Of a DNA stretch of 64,000 nt, positions 1 through 8,396 are shown piece after piece (position 1 is the stretch's first letter; each line of letters begins with the position of its first letter). This stretch comes from a virus, in the IMG/VR virus record IMGVR_UViG_3300033149_003801, positions 1 to 64,000 of that record, one strand, 5' to 3'. The translations under genes were made by a program, and so were the position numbers. The notes beneath the pieces are model-generated. The model was given only the letters and a program-made list of their open reading frames with translations, did no database searches and was not told the origin of the DNA.

Positions 1-131
1 AGTGTGAGTTGGGCGGGTGGCGCGAGGTTGGAGTGGTCAATTGGCCACTCCAGTTCGTGGCCCCCGCAGCCATCGCGGGAAGTTGTTGCTTCCCGCGATT
101 CGGGATAGGTGAGTGGAAACTCACCGAGTGA
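1..131 (+). CDS. 3' end of a gene cut by the window edge; paralog of ORF 186..599
   Basis: Frame 3 reads CELGGWREVGVVNWPLQF...SCC... to TGA at 129-131. This aligns with the C-terminus of ORF 186..599 (CELSDWREVEVVYWPLRF...TCC...). Confidence 0.5.
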   Translation, partial: CELGGWREVGVVNWPLQFVAPAAIAGSCCFPRFGIGEWKLTE

Positions 132-146
132 TTTTACTACCTTATC

Positions 147-183
147 GCCCTGCCGGAGGCATCGTATCCGGCGGAAAGGAGAA
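147..183 (+). promoter_or_regulatory. conserved 5'-UTR hairpin/SD element, copy 1
   Basis: GCCCTGCCGGAGGCATCGTATCCGGCGGAAAGGAG. GCCGGA/TCCGGC stem abuts the SD. Confidence 0.5.
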
Positions 184-185
184 TT

Positions 186-599
186 ATGAGAACGAGAGTT
201 GGGTACATCAGGGAAGTCGAGGCCCCCGACCCAAAAGCGACCTACGGGTTGCTTCAAAGGGTCGCCCGTGCTGAGGAAGACGCCATTGCCGCTTGGCGAT
301 GCCTCCATGAGGCCGAGCGCCGGGTTGGCCTTTATGACGGCTGGGCAGAATACCTAGCCGAAGCAGAGGCTGACTATAGATCAGCCTCTGCAAAAGCCGA
401 TCACCTGGAGATACCTCTCCAGGTGTATACGGCTGAGAGTGATGATGGTATCGACGCAACTGCGCTAGTGCTCGACGATCAGGCTGTGCTGATCGTCGGG
501 TGCGAGTTGAGTGATTGGCGCGAGGTCGAAGTGGTCTATTGGCCACTTCGATTCGCCGAGGGAACTTGTTGCCCCCTTGGCGAATTTACCGCCGAATAG
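186..599 (+). CDS. hypothetical early protein (paralog family with 1..131)
   Basis: ATG preceded by GGAAAGGAG. The antisense ORF is less plausible. C-terminus resembles the upstream partial gene. Confidence 0.7.
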   Translation: MRTRVGYIREVEAPDPKATYGLLQRVARAEEDAIAAWRCLHEAERRVGLYDGWAEYLAEAEADYRSASAKADHLEIPLQVYTAESDDGIDATALVLDDQAVLIVGCELSDWREVEVVYWPLRFAEGTCCPLGEFTAE

Positions 600-756
600 T
601 TGAGACGTGCAGCGAGGCGTCGTATCCGGCAAAAGTGCCGGTATGATTGGCACCCTCTGTGCGAGCTGCACGTAACTCGTGAAGAATTCGACATGTCTGC
701 AGCGTGTGGTGAGGTCCTCTACGTATAGACAGAGACAAAACCGAAAGGGGAGAAAA

Positions 757-1086
757 ATGATGGGATTCGGAATCAGGAACCGGTGGGTTCCAAAGTCAGA
801 GCGAGGGCGAAAGGTCGCTCGTTTCCTGCGGGCGCGCGGGTACGACATACGCAACAAAGAGGTCTGCGGACGATATGTCTGCAACCTTCCAATGTTTACC
901 GAGCTAACAAGGGACGAGCTCGGTGACATTGCGGCGATATTGGATCCACAGCGAGCGTATGATAAGTGGTGGAACGCAAAGGATCTGGCGGCTTCCATTC
1001 GCAAGGACCCCAGAGCGTATGGATACGTCGCCCAAGATATAGCAGAGAAGGCTGCCAACCGCATCGAACGTGACTGGATGCTCTAG
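757..1086 (+). CDS. hypothetical protein
   Basis: In-frame ATG at 757 follows AAAGGGGAG. The upstream part of ORF 679..1086 lacks an SD. Confidence 0.6.
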   Translation: MMGFGIRNRWVPKSERGRKVARFLRARGYDIRNKEVCGRYVCNLPMFTELTRDELGDIAAILDPQRAYDKWWNAKDLAASIRKDPRAYGYVAQDIAEKAANRIERDWML

Positions 1087-1092
1087 TCATGT

Positions 1093-1116
1093 GAGGAACG
1101 GGTTTCCCCGTTCCTC
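1093..1116 (+). terminator. perfect 10-bp hairpin after ORF 757..1086 (terminator-like, no U-tract)
   Basis: GAGGAACGGG tttc CCCGTTCCTC. A second imperfect hairpin follows (to ~1146). Confidence 0.35.
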
Positions 1117-1178
1117 CAAGTCCCTCTCTCGTAGAGAGACTTGGAGGGATCGAGAAACCGTAGAACTGAAAGGAGAGA

Positions 1179-1391
1179 ATGATGAAAAAGCTATATCGAA
1201 TTAAGGATATGGCATTAGGGGGCCGGGCCGACCAGCGTCTTGTGTGGCTGGGGTTTAGCCCCGCTGACGATGTTATTGAGGTGGAAGAGAGCGATGGTGT
1301 ATACGCCACGTTCCAGGCGTGGCTTACACCGGAACAAGTGCAGGTTCTGGCCGAGGAAGAGGCGATTTATGAGCTGATCCAGGCCAGGTAG
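1179..1391 (+). CDS. hypothetical protein
   Basis: ATG preceded by AAAGGAGAG. Confidence 0.65.
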   Translation: MMKKLYRIKDMALGGRADQRLVWLGFSPADDVIEVEESDGVYATFQAWLTPEQVQVLAEEEAIYELIQAR

Positions 1392-1413
1392 CAGAGAATT
1401 GCGAGATGAATAG

Positions 1414-1450
1414 GCCCTGCCGGAGGCGTTGTATCCGGCGGAAAGGGGAA
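1414..1450 (+). promoter_or_regulatory. conserved 5'-UTR hairpin/SD element, copy 2
   Basis: GCCCTGCCGGAGGCGTTGTATCCGGCGGAAAGGGG, near-identical to 147..183. Confidence 0.5.
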
Positions 1451-1452
1451 AC

Positions 1453-1680
1453 ATGGGGGTTGAAGGAAAAAGGCTGATTCATGCTGTTGAACTTCTGGGG
1501 AAATTGGTCTCCGCAGAGCCGGTTGAGTGTGTTGAGGGCACTTATCCTAAGGCCATCTACATGTGCCGTTATTGCGACCGTGAATGGACTGGATGGGTTC
1601 CGAAGGATTGGCGAGACGAACGCCAACATGCCAGGGGTTGTCCTTGGCGATTGGCAATGGAATACCTAAAATGTAAATGA
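1453..1680 (+). CDS. hypothetical Cys-containing small protein
   Basis: ATG at 1453 follows the conserved hairpin plus GGAAAGGGG. Contains CRYC ... C motifs. Confidence 0.6.
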   Translation: MGVEGKRLIHAVELLGKLVSAEPVECVEGTYPKAIYMCRYCDREWTGWVPKDWRDERQHARGCPWRLAMEYLKCK

Positions 1681-1720
1681 TGAAAACTGTGTGAATGGAG
1701 AATCCTGGGGAGGTAAGACT

Positions 1721-2155
1721 ATGCCAATATTTCGTACTGGCGGGGACATTCTTGAATCGCCTGCACAAATACTGACCTGTCCAGTAAATTGTGTAGGTGT
1801 CATGGGCGCAGGGCTCGCCTTGAAATTCAAGAGAAGGTTTCCCCGGATGTATGAGGACTACTTCCAGATGTGCTTGGATGGGAAGCTAACCATAGGCACC
1901 CTGTGGCTATGGCGCGCTTCCTATAAACATATCCTTTGCTTCCCTACAAAGAAGCATTGGAGAGAGAAGTCCAAAGTTGAATACATAGACCTTGGACTTC
2001 GCTGCCTTGTCCAAAACTGGAGAAGTCTAGGTAGAAGCATAGCCTTACCCAAGCTAGGCTGTGGATTAGGAGGACTTGACTTTACTAGCCAAGTATGGCC
2101 TGTCATGCAGCGCCGACTGAATGACATTCCCATTCCGATCTATGTTTACTTGTAA
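1721..2155 (+). CDS. macrodomain protein, TARG1/OARD1/DarG-like (ADP-ribose binding/hydrolase fold)
   Basis: ATG at 1721 after GGGGAGG. Motifs GDIL...VMGAGLALKFKRRF, PTKKHW..K and LPKLGCGLGGLD match the ~150-aa TARG1-type macrodomain layout. Confidence 0.85.
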   Translation: MPIFRTGGDILESPAQILTCPVNCVGVMGAGLALKFKRRFPRMYEDYFQMCLDGKLTIGTLWLWRASYKHILCFPTKKHWREKSKVEYIDLGLRCLVQNWRSLGRSIALPKLGCGLGGLDFTSQVWPVMQRRLNDIPIPIYVYL

Positions 2156-2164
2156 GGAGGGGTT

Positions 2165-2362
2165 ATGATAAGAGACACAGAGTCCTTTCGGAAACTCTCC
2201 GGGGCTACTCCCAAAGACCCCCTAATAGATTGGGGGTTTCAAGAGGAATGGGTGCCCGGAGATGGAGTGAGTATCCCGGACGAGTTCTGGCCTATTGACC
2301 CTCTGAAAGAGCCAGAACACCTATGGGACGACGAGTGGCCACAAGAGGAGGACGAGAGATGA
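2165..2362 (+). CDS. hypothetical acidic protein
   Basis: SD AAGGAGG upstream. ATGA overlap with the next gene. Confidence 0.6.
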   Translation: MIRDTESFRKLSGATPKDPLIDWGFQEEWVPGDGVSIPDEFWPIDPLKEPEHLWDDEWPQEEDER

Positions 2363-3114
2363 ATTACCAAGAAGCTATAAAGTACTTACAGCACGGGCGA
2401 GACAAGGGCCGCAGGCCATTGCCTGGAGTAGCAACGTACATGGTTGCTCTTGACAATGGCGACATTGGCGTGAAGTATCACAATACAGTGATTGTCCTCT
2501 GGAAGCCGGATGGGACAATCCGGCTCGATTCCGGAGGGTGGCGAACTGCTACATTGAAAAATCGTATGAACGAATACTTGCCTTCAAAGTATAGCGTCTG
2601 GCAAGATAAGGGCATCTGGTATTTACACCAAAGGGACGACAATACAGATGAAGTTGTGACCTTTGAGGATGGCATTACCATCCTACCCGATGGGTTTATC
2701 GACCTCAATACCACAGGGGGGAATTCTACAGAACTTCTGAAACTGCGAGAGCAAGTCAAGGAATATGCTAAGGAATTCATGGAGGCTCTGGTAGATGGGC
2801 AGATTGGTCCTCCTAAGGAAGGGGACTGCCTGTACTGTAGTTATACAGATGGCGCTGGACAAACGTGGGGTGAGATAACCAAGGATAGGACACACGTCCT
2901 CGTCCATATGAACGAGGGAGACTACGTCCCTGCGCTCCTACTACGAGCAGTAGAGGTGATGCCAATTTCAATCGCTGCCCATGACTGGGTCGTACAGCAA
3001 GTGTTTGGAAATCTTCAGAATCGAAGCTACTACAGTTTTGAGGGCATATGTAGAACGCAAGTCCATAGAGCCTTGTTCCGCTATCTGTGTCGCCTGGTAG
3101 GACTAGCCTCATAA
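2359..3114 (+). CDS. hypothetical protein
   Basis: ATG at 2359 after GAGGAGG. Its start overlaps the stop of the previous ORF (ATGA). Confidence 0.7.
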   Translation: MNYQEAIKYLQHGRDKGRRPLPGVATYMVALDNGDIGVKYHNTVIVLWKPDGTIRLDSGGWRTATLKNRMNEYLPSKYSVWQDKGIWYLHQRDDNTDEVVTFEDGITILPDGFIDLNTTGGNSTELLKLREQVKEYAKEFMEALVDGQIGPPKEGDCLYCSYTDGAGQTWGEITKDRTHVLVHMNEGDYVPALLLRAVEVMPISIAAHDWVVQQVFGNLQNRSYYSFEGICRTQVHRALFRYLCRLVGLAS

Positions 3115-3164
3115 GAGGCAGGAAATGGACGTAACAGATGGCATCTTAGGAGGTTAGATGAAAC

Positions 3165-3392
3165 ATGAAGGAAAGATCTGGAGCAGAGGATTGGTCAGAG
3201 GCGCGTTTGTTGAAACGCGCCTTCAACCAGGTTCAGGGTGGCTACAACTACCTACGATGGTTGCTGCTATACTGGCCTGATTTGCCCGATGCAGTCCAGA
3301 GTAAGACGCTGGACTGTTGTCGCGCGCTAGCTGATATACTAGCCACGCTTTATGATTTGTATCTCTCGATGGAGACAAGAGACGACTTGTAG
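3165..3392 (+). CDS. hypothetical protein
   Basis: ORF with upstream AGGAGG. Confidence 0.6.
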   Translation: MKERSGAEDWSEARLLKRAFNQVQGGYNYLRWLLLYWPDLPDAVQSKTLDCCRALADILATLYDLYLSMETRDDL

Positions 3393-3414
3393 TTAAGTAA
3401 GTGAAAGGGGAATC

Positions 3415-3924
3415 ATGCAGAAGCGAAAAGCACAAGACTTTGGCGACGAGTATGTTTTCCTGGCCAATTCGTCAGACCTGCACTTTGCCCAGTGCCTACT
3501 AGGTCAAGACTGGCATGGTGAGTATGCCAGTATGTTCATCAAGGTAAAGGATGCGGATTATGTAGAGGTATGGGCAAGCACTCGTCCAGTGCCCAACCCG
3601 AACACTACCTACTGGCGGGTCTATCCTCAAACAATCAATCTCTATGCAGTGATGATCGGCCTGTACGGGTGCCTACCTGACACTGTCTTTTGGTGTCGGA
3701 CTCTTGGAGAAGCAAGAGACATCGCCAAAGCTGAAAAGGCTATGTTCCTTGACGGTGATGACTATCGAGTCTCTGGAGACATTCGTAGAGATGGCATCTA
3801 CGATGTTCTACGCAAGGACTACACAGGTGACTGGGATTCATGGCAATACATCGAAATTATGCCTATCGAGGTTAGCCAAGAGGAATGGGATGAATATCGT
3901 GAAATGACTTACAGGCGGGTCTAA
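3415..3924 (+). CDS. hypothetical protein
   Basis: ORF with SD AAAGGGGA. Its stop codon lies in the loop of the 3911..3934 hairpin. Confidence 0.7.
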   Translation: MQKRKAQDFGDEYVFLANSSDLHFAQCLLGQDWHGEYASMFIKVKDADYVEVWASTRPVPNPNTTYWRVYPQTINLYAVMIGLYGCLPDTVFWCRTLGEARDIAKAEKAMFLDGDDYRVSGDIRRDGIYDVLRKDYTGDWDSWQYIEIMPIEVSQEEWDEYREMTYRRV

Positions 3925-3934
3925 ACCCGCCTGT
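3911..3934 (+). terminator. stem-loop spanning the stop codon of ORF 3415..3924 (terminator-like, no U-tract)
   Basis: ACAGGCGGG tctaaa CCCGCCTGT: perfect 9-bp stem. Confidence 0.35.
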
Positions 3935-4055
3935 AGCATCATAACAGACGCTTTGCGCCTGTAAGGAGGGACTTGCGTAAATCTTAAAAGAACATGCCTT
4001 TGCCTTGCCCTCATTAGCGAGGCAAAGGCGACTACTACAAGGAAAGGACACTCAT

Positions 4056-4148
4056 ATGAAAGCCCTTGTCTGGTTTATATTCGCAAGTGCAGCGTGGTTA
4101 CTAATACAAATCGTTTTGTTACCGGTTCTTACCAGAATTGGAGGATGA
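4056..4148 (+). CDS. possible 30-aa hydrophobic peptide (MKALVWFIFASAAWLLIQIVLLPVLTRIGG)
   Basis: ATG preceded by AAGGAAAGGA. Single predicted TM helix. Lies in an otherwise empty 330-nt gap. Confidence 0.3.
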   Translation: MKALVWFIFASAAWLLIQIVLLPVLTRIGG

Positions 4149-4255
4149 GTCATGCAACCGGCAAAGTTATAGATTCATCAGACAGTTGACAGGGACAACC
4201 CTCATATGATTTTGAGGACTAGAACTATAACCAACGGCAACGAAAGGGGGCAAGC

Positions 4256-4504
4256 ATGAAAAGGGTAGCCATATACGACCGGAATATTGGGGACTATGTT
4301 TGTAGTGATTGCATCCGCGCGTTCTATGCAGACATCTTGCCAGGGATAGTCAAACATGGAACCGAGGATGAACTAACTGACTGGTTGCGACGCAACAGTA
4401 TTCGATTCCGTGAGGTTACCAAGTCACAGAGACGATTATATCCCAATGGATTGTACTGTGACAGCTGTGGAGACGAGGTGTTTCCACCACACCAAAGGAG
4501 ATAG
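4256..4504 (+). CDS. hypothetical zinc-ribbon-like protein
   Basis: SD AAAGGGGG. Contains CSDC ... CDSC pairs. Confidence 0.6.
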   Translation: MKRVAIYDRNIGDYVCSDCIRAFYADILPGIVKHGTEDELTDWLRRNSIRFREVTKSQRRLYPNGLYCDSCGDEVFPPHQRR

Positions 4505-4556
4505 GCATGAAAAGCAAGGATATATAGCGCGTACCATCGTAAAGGAGGCAACTAGG

Positions 4557-4799
4557 ATGTACGAACAAAATAAACGTGAACGACTTGGGAATGCGTTACG
4601 AATTCTGCGTGAGGCAAGGTGGTCGTATGCACAAATCCGTTGTGACCTGGGTTTCAATTACTCCGAACGTATGAAGGCTGTGACAGGAAGTGATATTGAC
4701 GCTGAGGCGGCACTGCTATCGTTTGTTCGTTTTGCTAGTGAACGACAACCTGAATACTTGGACTGGTTAGAAAAAGCATACCAGGGAAGGGCAAGATGA
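4557..4799 (+). CDS. hypothetical protein
   Basis: ATG at 4557 after AAGGAGG (4542-4548), in frame with ORF 4410..4799. Confidence 0.55.
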   Translation: MYEQNKRERLGNALRILREARWSYAQIRCDLGFNYSERMKAVTGSDIDAEAALLSFVRFASERQPEYLDWLEKAYQGRAR

Positions 4800-4802
4800 G
4801 GT

Positions 4803-5006
4803 ATGAGCAAGAGTCTATATCGGGTACGAGTAGAAGTTACAAGTGTATATGACTTGGATGTGGAGGCAAGCAATGTAGCACAAGCGAAACAACTAGTTAA
4901 GGCTATCGGTGCAGAGGCAGTTAAGGCGTCAGGAGAATGCGTTGGCTTTTGGGAGATCGACAAAGTATTTGTTGTCGAAAGGACGGAACATGAAACCTTA
5001 TGTTAA
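4803..5006 (+). CDS. hypothetical protein
   Basis: ORF closely packed after the previous stop. Confidence 0.6.
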   Translation: MSKSLYRVRVEVTSVYDLDVEASNVAQAKQLVKAIGAEAVKASGECVGFWEIDKVFVVERTEHETLC

Positions 5007-5310
5007 GTTTACGCGCAATGGCTATGGTTTTGGGTATGACTGGACGCTGGTTATACCAAAAACCAAAACGCTACCTGAACAAGAGTTTTTCATGGGACAG
5101 GAAGCAAAGGTGAAACAACGAATTCTAGGCTACAGTGGGATGTCTCTTGCAGCGGAAATCTGCAAGCGAACGGGTCAAGAGTTTCGTCATCCTTTGCCTT
5201 GGACGCAAACGGTAGCGGAGGCACTGGCCGCCATCATTATTGAGGCATTCGGTGGTTTACGACAAGTGAGAACACTAGAACCGTGGGCCTTACACGCGGG
5301 AGGCGGCTGA
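4990..5310 (+). CDS. hypothetical protein
   Basis: In-frame ATG at 4990 (MKPYVKF) after GAAAGGA. Confidence 0.55.
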   Translation: MKPYVKFTRNGYGFGYDWTLVIPKTKTLPEQEFFMGQEAKVKQRILGYSGMSLAAEICKRTGQEFRHPLPWTQTVAEALAAIIIEAFGGLRQVRTLEPWALHAGGG

Positions 5311-5343
5311 TGAATTATAGAGGTAGTGTACGAAAGGAGCATT

Positions 5344-5622
5344 ATGACTGAAAGATTAGAGACATGTATCTCATGTGGCGAGGAGTTTGACTCTGACAGC
5401 GAGGGCAGGTGGACGGATAAAGGACCACTCTGCACAAGTTGTTGGGAGTATGATGAGGAATATGCAAGCACGCTTGTTCATGCGTCTGTGCGGGGTATGG
5501 AGACCATACGATTTAGCTGCCTTATCTGTGGCCGCACTTTTTGGGGTCTTGCAGAGGCGATTGCGCATGAACGAGCGGGCGTGCCTTGCTGTTCTATGCC
5601 TCGCTTTGTAAAATGCGACTGA
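5344..5622 (+). CDS. hypothetical zinc-finger protein
   Basis: ATG at 5344 after GAAAGGAG. Contains CISC...CTSC...CLIC...CC. Confidence 0.6.
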   Translation: MTERLETCISCGEEFDSDSEGRWTDKGPLCTSCWEYDEEYASTLVHASVRGMETIRFSCLICGRTFWGLAEAIAHERAGVPCCSMPRFVKCD

Positions 5623-5632
5623 AAGGAGAGAC

Positions 5633-6040
5633 ATGGCTAACTATTATACTGAATTCTCGATTCTTGTTGAGTGCCATAATAAGGAGCAACAAGACTGGCT
5701 GATTCAGCATCTGAGAGAAGAAGAAGAGGATGGTGGGTTTTATGCAGAGGAGCAGCGTGACGACGTTTGGATCACTGGAGAGAGCGGAGACCTCGATATT
5801 CTGCTAGATGTTATCGCTGAGTTTCAGCGTACCTTCTCTATTACCGAAGCTCAGATCATTACCTGGAGCAATACCTGCTCTCGACCGATGGTAGATGCCT
5901 TCGGCGGCGGAGCAGCGGTGGTGTATCGAGGGGAGTACGTCACGATAGACTGCTTTGAGTGGGCGAACGACTTAGCCAGGCGGTGGCAAGCTGGCTGCGA
6001 CGTAACTCCATTCAAGCTTTTTAGCAAATGGGATAACTAA
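5633..6040 (+). CDS. hypothetical protein
   Basis: SD AAAGGAGAG upstream. Confidence 0.7.
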   Translation: MANYYTEFSILVECHNKEQQDWLIQHLREEEEDGGFYAEEQRDDVWITGESGDLDILLDVIAEFQRTFSITEAQIITWSNTCSRPMVDAFGGGAAVVYRGEYVTIDCFEWANDLARRWQAGCDVTPFKLFSKWDN

Positions 6041-6059
6041 ATCAGGAAGGAGAAACACG

Positions 6060-6191
6060 ATGGCCTGCCGAGGCGTTTGGTTCCGTTGTCGAACCTGTGG
6101 AAAGTGGATCAAGGGTATTCCAGCTTTGCGTAAATTCTTCCGTGCTGGAAAGCCCTGTTGCAAACTTCCGCGCTACGAGAGACTAGATTAG
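6060..6191 (+). CDS. possible 43-aa zinc-ribbon peptide (MACRGVWFRCRTCGKW...CCKLPRYERLD)
   Basis: ATG after AGGAAGGAGA. Below the ORF-track length cutoff. Confidence 0.45.
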   Translation: MACRGVWFRCRTCGKWIKGIPALRKFFRAGKPCCKLPRYERLD

Positions 6192-6210
6192 ATTATCACT
6201 AAGGAGAGAC

Positions 6211-6873
6211 ATGTTAAAACTAACGAGCAAAGAGCTGATCGCCGCCATCTGTGACGAGGCGAGAGACCTGCATCACAACGCGAGTCTTCTGGGGAAGTTC
6301 CCTGACTTTGACTCCGATGATGAAGCAGAGCTTTTCTGGGAACAACTCTATTTCGAGGTAGAAACCCTGAGTTCTGTCCTCGCAGAAGACCTCAAGCAGT
6401 TTGGATTCGATGTGCAGATTCAGTCCTATGGCCGAAACGGAGCGACCATAGCTCCGGTCGGTTGGTATATCGACAATGCAATCACTCATGGGTTCAATTG
6501 GGATCTGGTGGATACAGACAGAGGGGTGGATGCCTACTTCTACAATTATAGGCTTTGGAAGGCCCTATGCTACATCAACGAATTTTGGGAAAAACAGACG
6601 GACAATGTAGGCACCTGGTGGAAAGCAACACTTGAAGATATACACGAGAGAAGACAAGAAGAATTAAAGCACAGGCGGGAGGCCATCTCTCTAGAGAGCC
6701 CCAGAGTAGTAGCAACCCTTACAGCAGCCTTGAGGCTGTGGCAAGAGAGCCACGAGAAATTGAACCAAAACGACCCCCTGTGGGACGTTGCTACTAATGC
6801 AGGCAGATACGTTCCCCTTTCTACTGAGGAGGCCAATCAAGTAGTAGAAATTCTACAGGAAGGAGTAATATGA
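6211..6873 (+). CDS. hypothetical protein
   Basis: SD AAGGAGAG. ATGA overlap with the next gene. Confidence 0.7.
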   Translation: MLKLTSKELIAAICDEARDLHHNASLLGKFPDFDSDDEAELFWEQLYFEVETLSSVLAEDLKQFGFDVQIQSYGRNGATIAPVGWYIDNAITHGFNWDLVDTDRGVDAYFYNYRLWKALCYINEFWEKQTDNVGTWWKATLEDIHERRQEELKHRREAISLESPRVVATLTAALRLWQESHEKLNQNDPLWDVATNAGRYVPLSTEEANQVVEILQEGVI

Positions 6874-7181
6874 GCCAGGTACAGAATGCGAACCCTATGA
6901 AACCAGGTTGTTGGATCGACACAGGAGGATACTCTCCTACGGAAATTGATCGTAGAATCGTAGAGATCCTTATGGATTTTGACCCAGAGGAAGGAGGAAA
7001 ACTCGAAGCGGAGCTTGATGCATTGGACTTTGAGAATGACGAAGATGCTGCTCAAATATCTTACGAGATTGCTATGGACGCAATAGATGCTCTTCAGAAC
7101 TATGCTCCAGACGGTTATTGGATAGGCTTTCTCGATTGCTCTGATGCCTTTGGCTGCTGGAAAGGAGATGATAAGGAATGA
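6870..7181 (+). CDS. hypothetical strongly acidic protein
   Basis: SD AAGGAG. D/E-rich sequence. Confidence 0.65.
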   Translation: MSQVQNANPMKPGCWIDTGGYSPTEIDRRIVEILMDFDPEEGGKLEAELDALDFENDEDAAQISYEIAMDAIDALQNYAPDGYWIGFLDCSDAFGCWKGDDKE

Positions 7182-7269
7182 AGTAGACTTTATCCTTACT
7201 GTATCTACTGGATGAGGACTTAGGTTAGCTGCCAGGTGTATATGTTATAAGGCATGACATGGGGGTAAA

Positions 7270-7500
7270 ATGATAAATCTTGAAGGAATGTCTAATGCAG
7301 AGGCGATATTCGTAGTAGCCTACTGCATAGATCGTGGAGTAGGAGTCTGCCTCACTCCCAATGGAGAGAAATGGATGGCATACCCATTTGCTCCTATTTT
7401 AGGGGAGGAAGCAGAGATAATAAGAAACTGTGTAACATATGAAGGAGATGGGTTCGTCCTATACGATAGTGATGAATTTGATAGTTTGTACGGAACATAG
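7270..7500 (+). CDS. hypothetical protein
   Basis: SD GGGGG upstream. Confidence 0.55.
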   Translation: MINLEGMSNAEAIFVVAYCIDRGVGVCLTPNGEKWMAYPFAPILGEEAEIIRNCVTYEGDGFVLYDSDEFDSLYGT

Positions 7501-7553
7501 TGACGATGTACATAGGCAGACTCCAAGTCTGCAAAGCACCACTAGGGGGGACA

Positions 7554-7862
7554 ATGAGTGAAATAACTGTATATGACAACGGAGGAAAAACAATAGACAG
7601 ATATACTGTTGTTATAGCACAACATGTGTGGACTATGAGTGAACATCCTCGTAGTCCACAGGGATTCTGTCAATATGCTGGGGAAGTATCACAGCTATCT
7701 TGTGAAGAAGGCGAGGAAATACCCCTAAAGGAGCTACCTATGGAACCACTGCATGTGATACTCGAGTTTGCAGCTGTGGAGGTGATTGAGAGAATGCTTT
7801 TGGATCCACAGGGGGAGTGCTATTGGGAATTACTGAATGACCTATTGGAGGCTGAGATATGA
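7554..7862 (+). CDS. hypothetical protein
   Basis: In-frame ATG at 7554 (MSEITVYD) after a G-rich SD. Confidence 0.55.
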   Translation: MSEITVYDNGGKTIDRYTVVIAQHVWTMSEHPRSPQGFCQYAGEVSQLSCEEGEEIPLKELPMEPLHVILEFAAVEVIERMLLDPQGECYWELLNDLLEAEI

Positions 7863-7930
7863 ACATAAATTAGTTTTTAACAGGGGTTAAGGGACAGAAG
7901 TATCTACGGTATGGCTAAGAAAGGAGAATT

Positions 7931-8122
7931 ATGCAGGAGAAACTATACAAAATCGAGGACCGCCGAGTTGTAATCAATGATGAAGGTGACACGCAGATTG
8001 CAGACCTTATCATTGAGAACGACTATGGTTTTTGGTATGGTATAGACTTGGGTTCTGGCGAGTGGGAATACCTCCAAGACAACGGAGAGTATATTCCTGC
8101 TCCTGAAATGGTGTCCAAGTAA
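7931..8122 (+). CDS. hypothetical protein
   Basis: SD AAAGGAGA. Followed by the 8134..8168 hairpin. Confidence 0.6.
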   Translation: MQEKLYKIEDRRVVINDEGDTQIADLIIENDYGFWYGIDLGSGEWEYLQDNGEYIPAPEMVSK

Positions 8123-8231
8123 TGGAAGAGTCCTCTCCTCAGGTCGCCAAATTGGTGGCCTGAGGAGACTAGAAACAAGGATGGCATAATGACGATGGGA
8201 ATTCGCTTCATAGGAAGGGAGGGACTATGCA

Positions 8232-8396
8232 ATGAAAATGAAACAGCCTAAGCCAGTAATTTTGGAGGAGCTGGCGGCTAAGATTAAGTATATTGATCTA
8301 GCTAAGCTTTTGGAAAGTCCAAGGTTACGTGAACCGGAGCGGCAGGCAGCAGAAGAGTTGGCTAGGTGCAAATATGAAAACTATCAGCAGCGATAA
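8232..8396 (+). CDS. possible 54-aa protein (MKMKQPKPVILEELAAKIKY...)
   Basis: ATG after GGAAGGGAGGG. Below the ORF-track cutoff. Confidence 0.45.
   Translation: MKMKQPKPVILEELAAKIKYIDLAKLLESPRLREPERQAAEELARCKYENYQQR

Noticed and set aside
4186-4210. TTGACA followed by TATGAT in the 3925..4255 gap as a promoter
   Set aside because: The spacer is only 13 nt, outside the functional 16-19 nt range. No alternative -35 lies at proper spacing.
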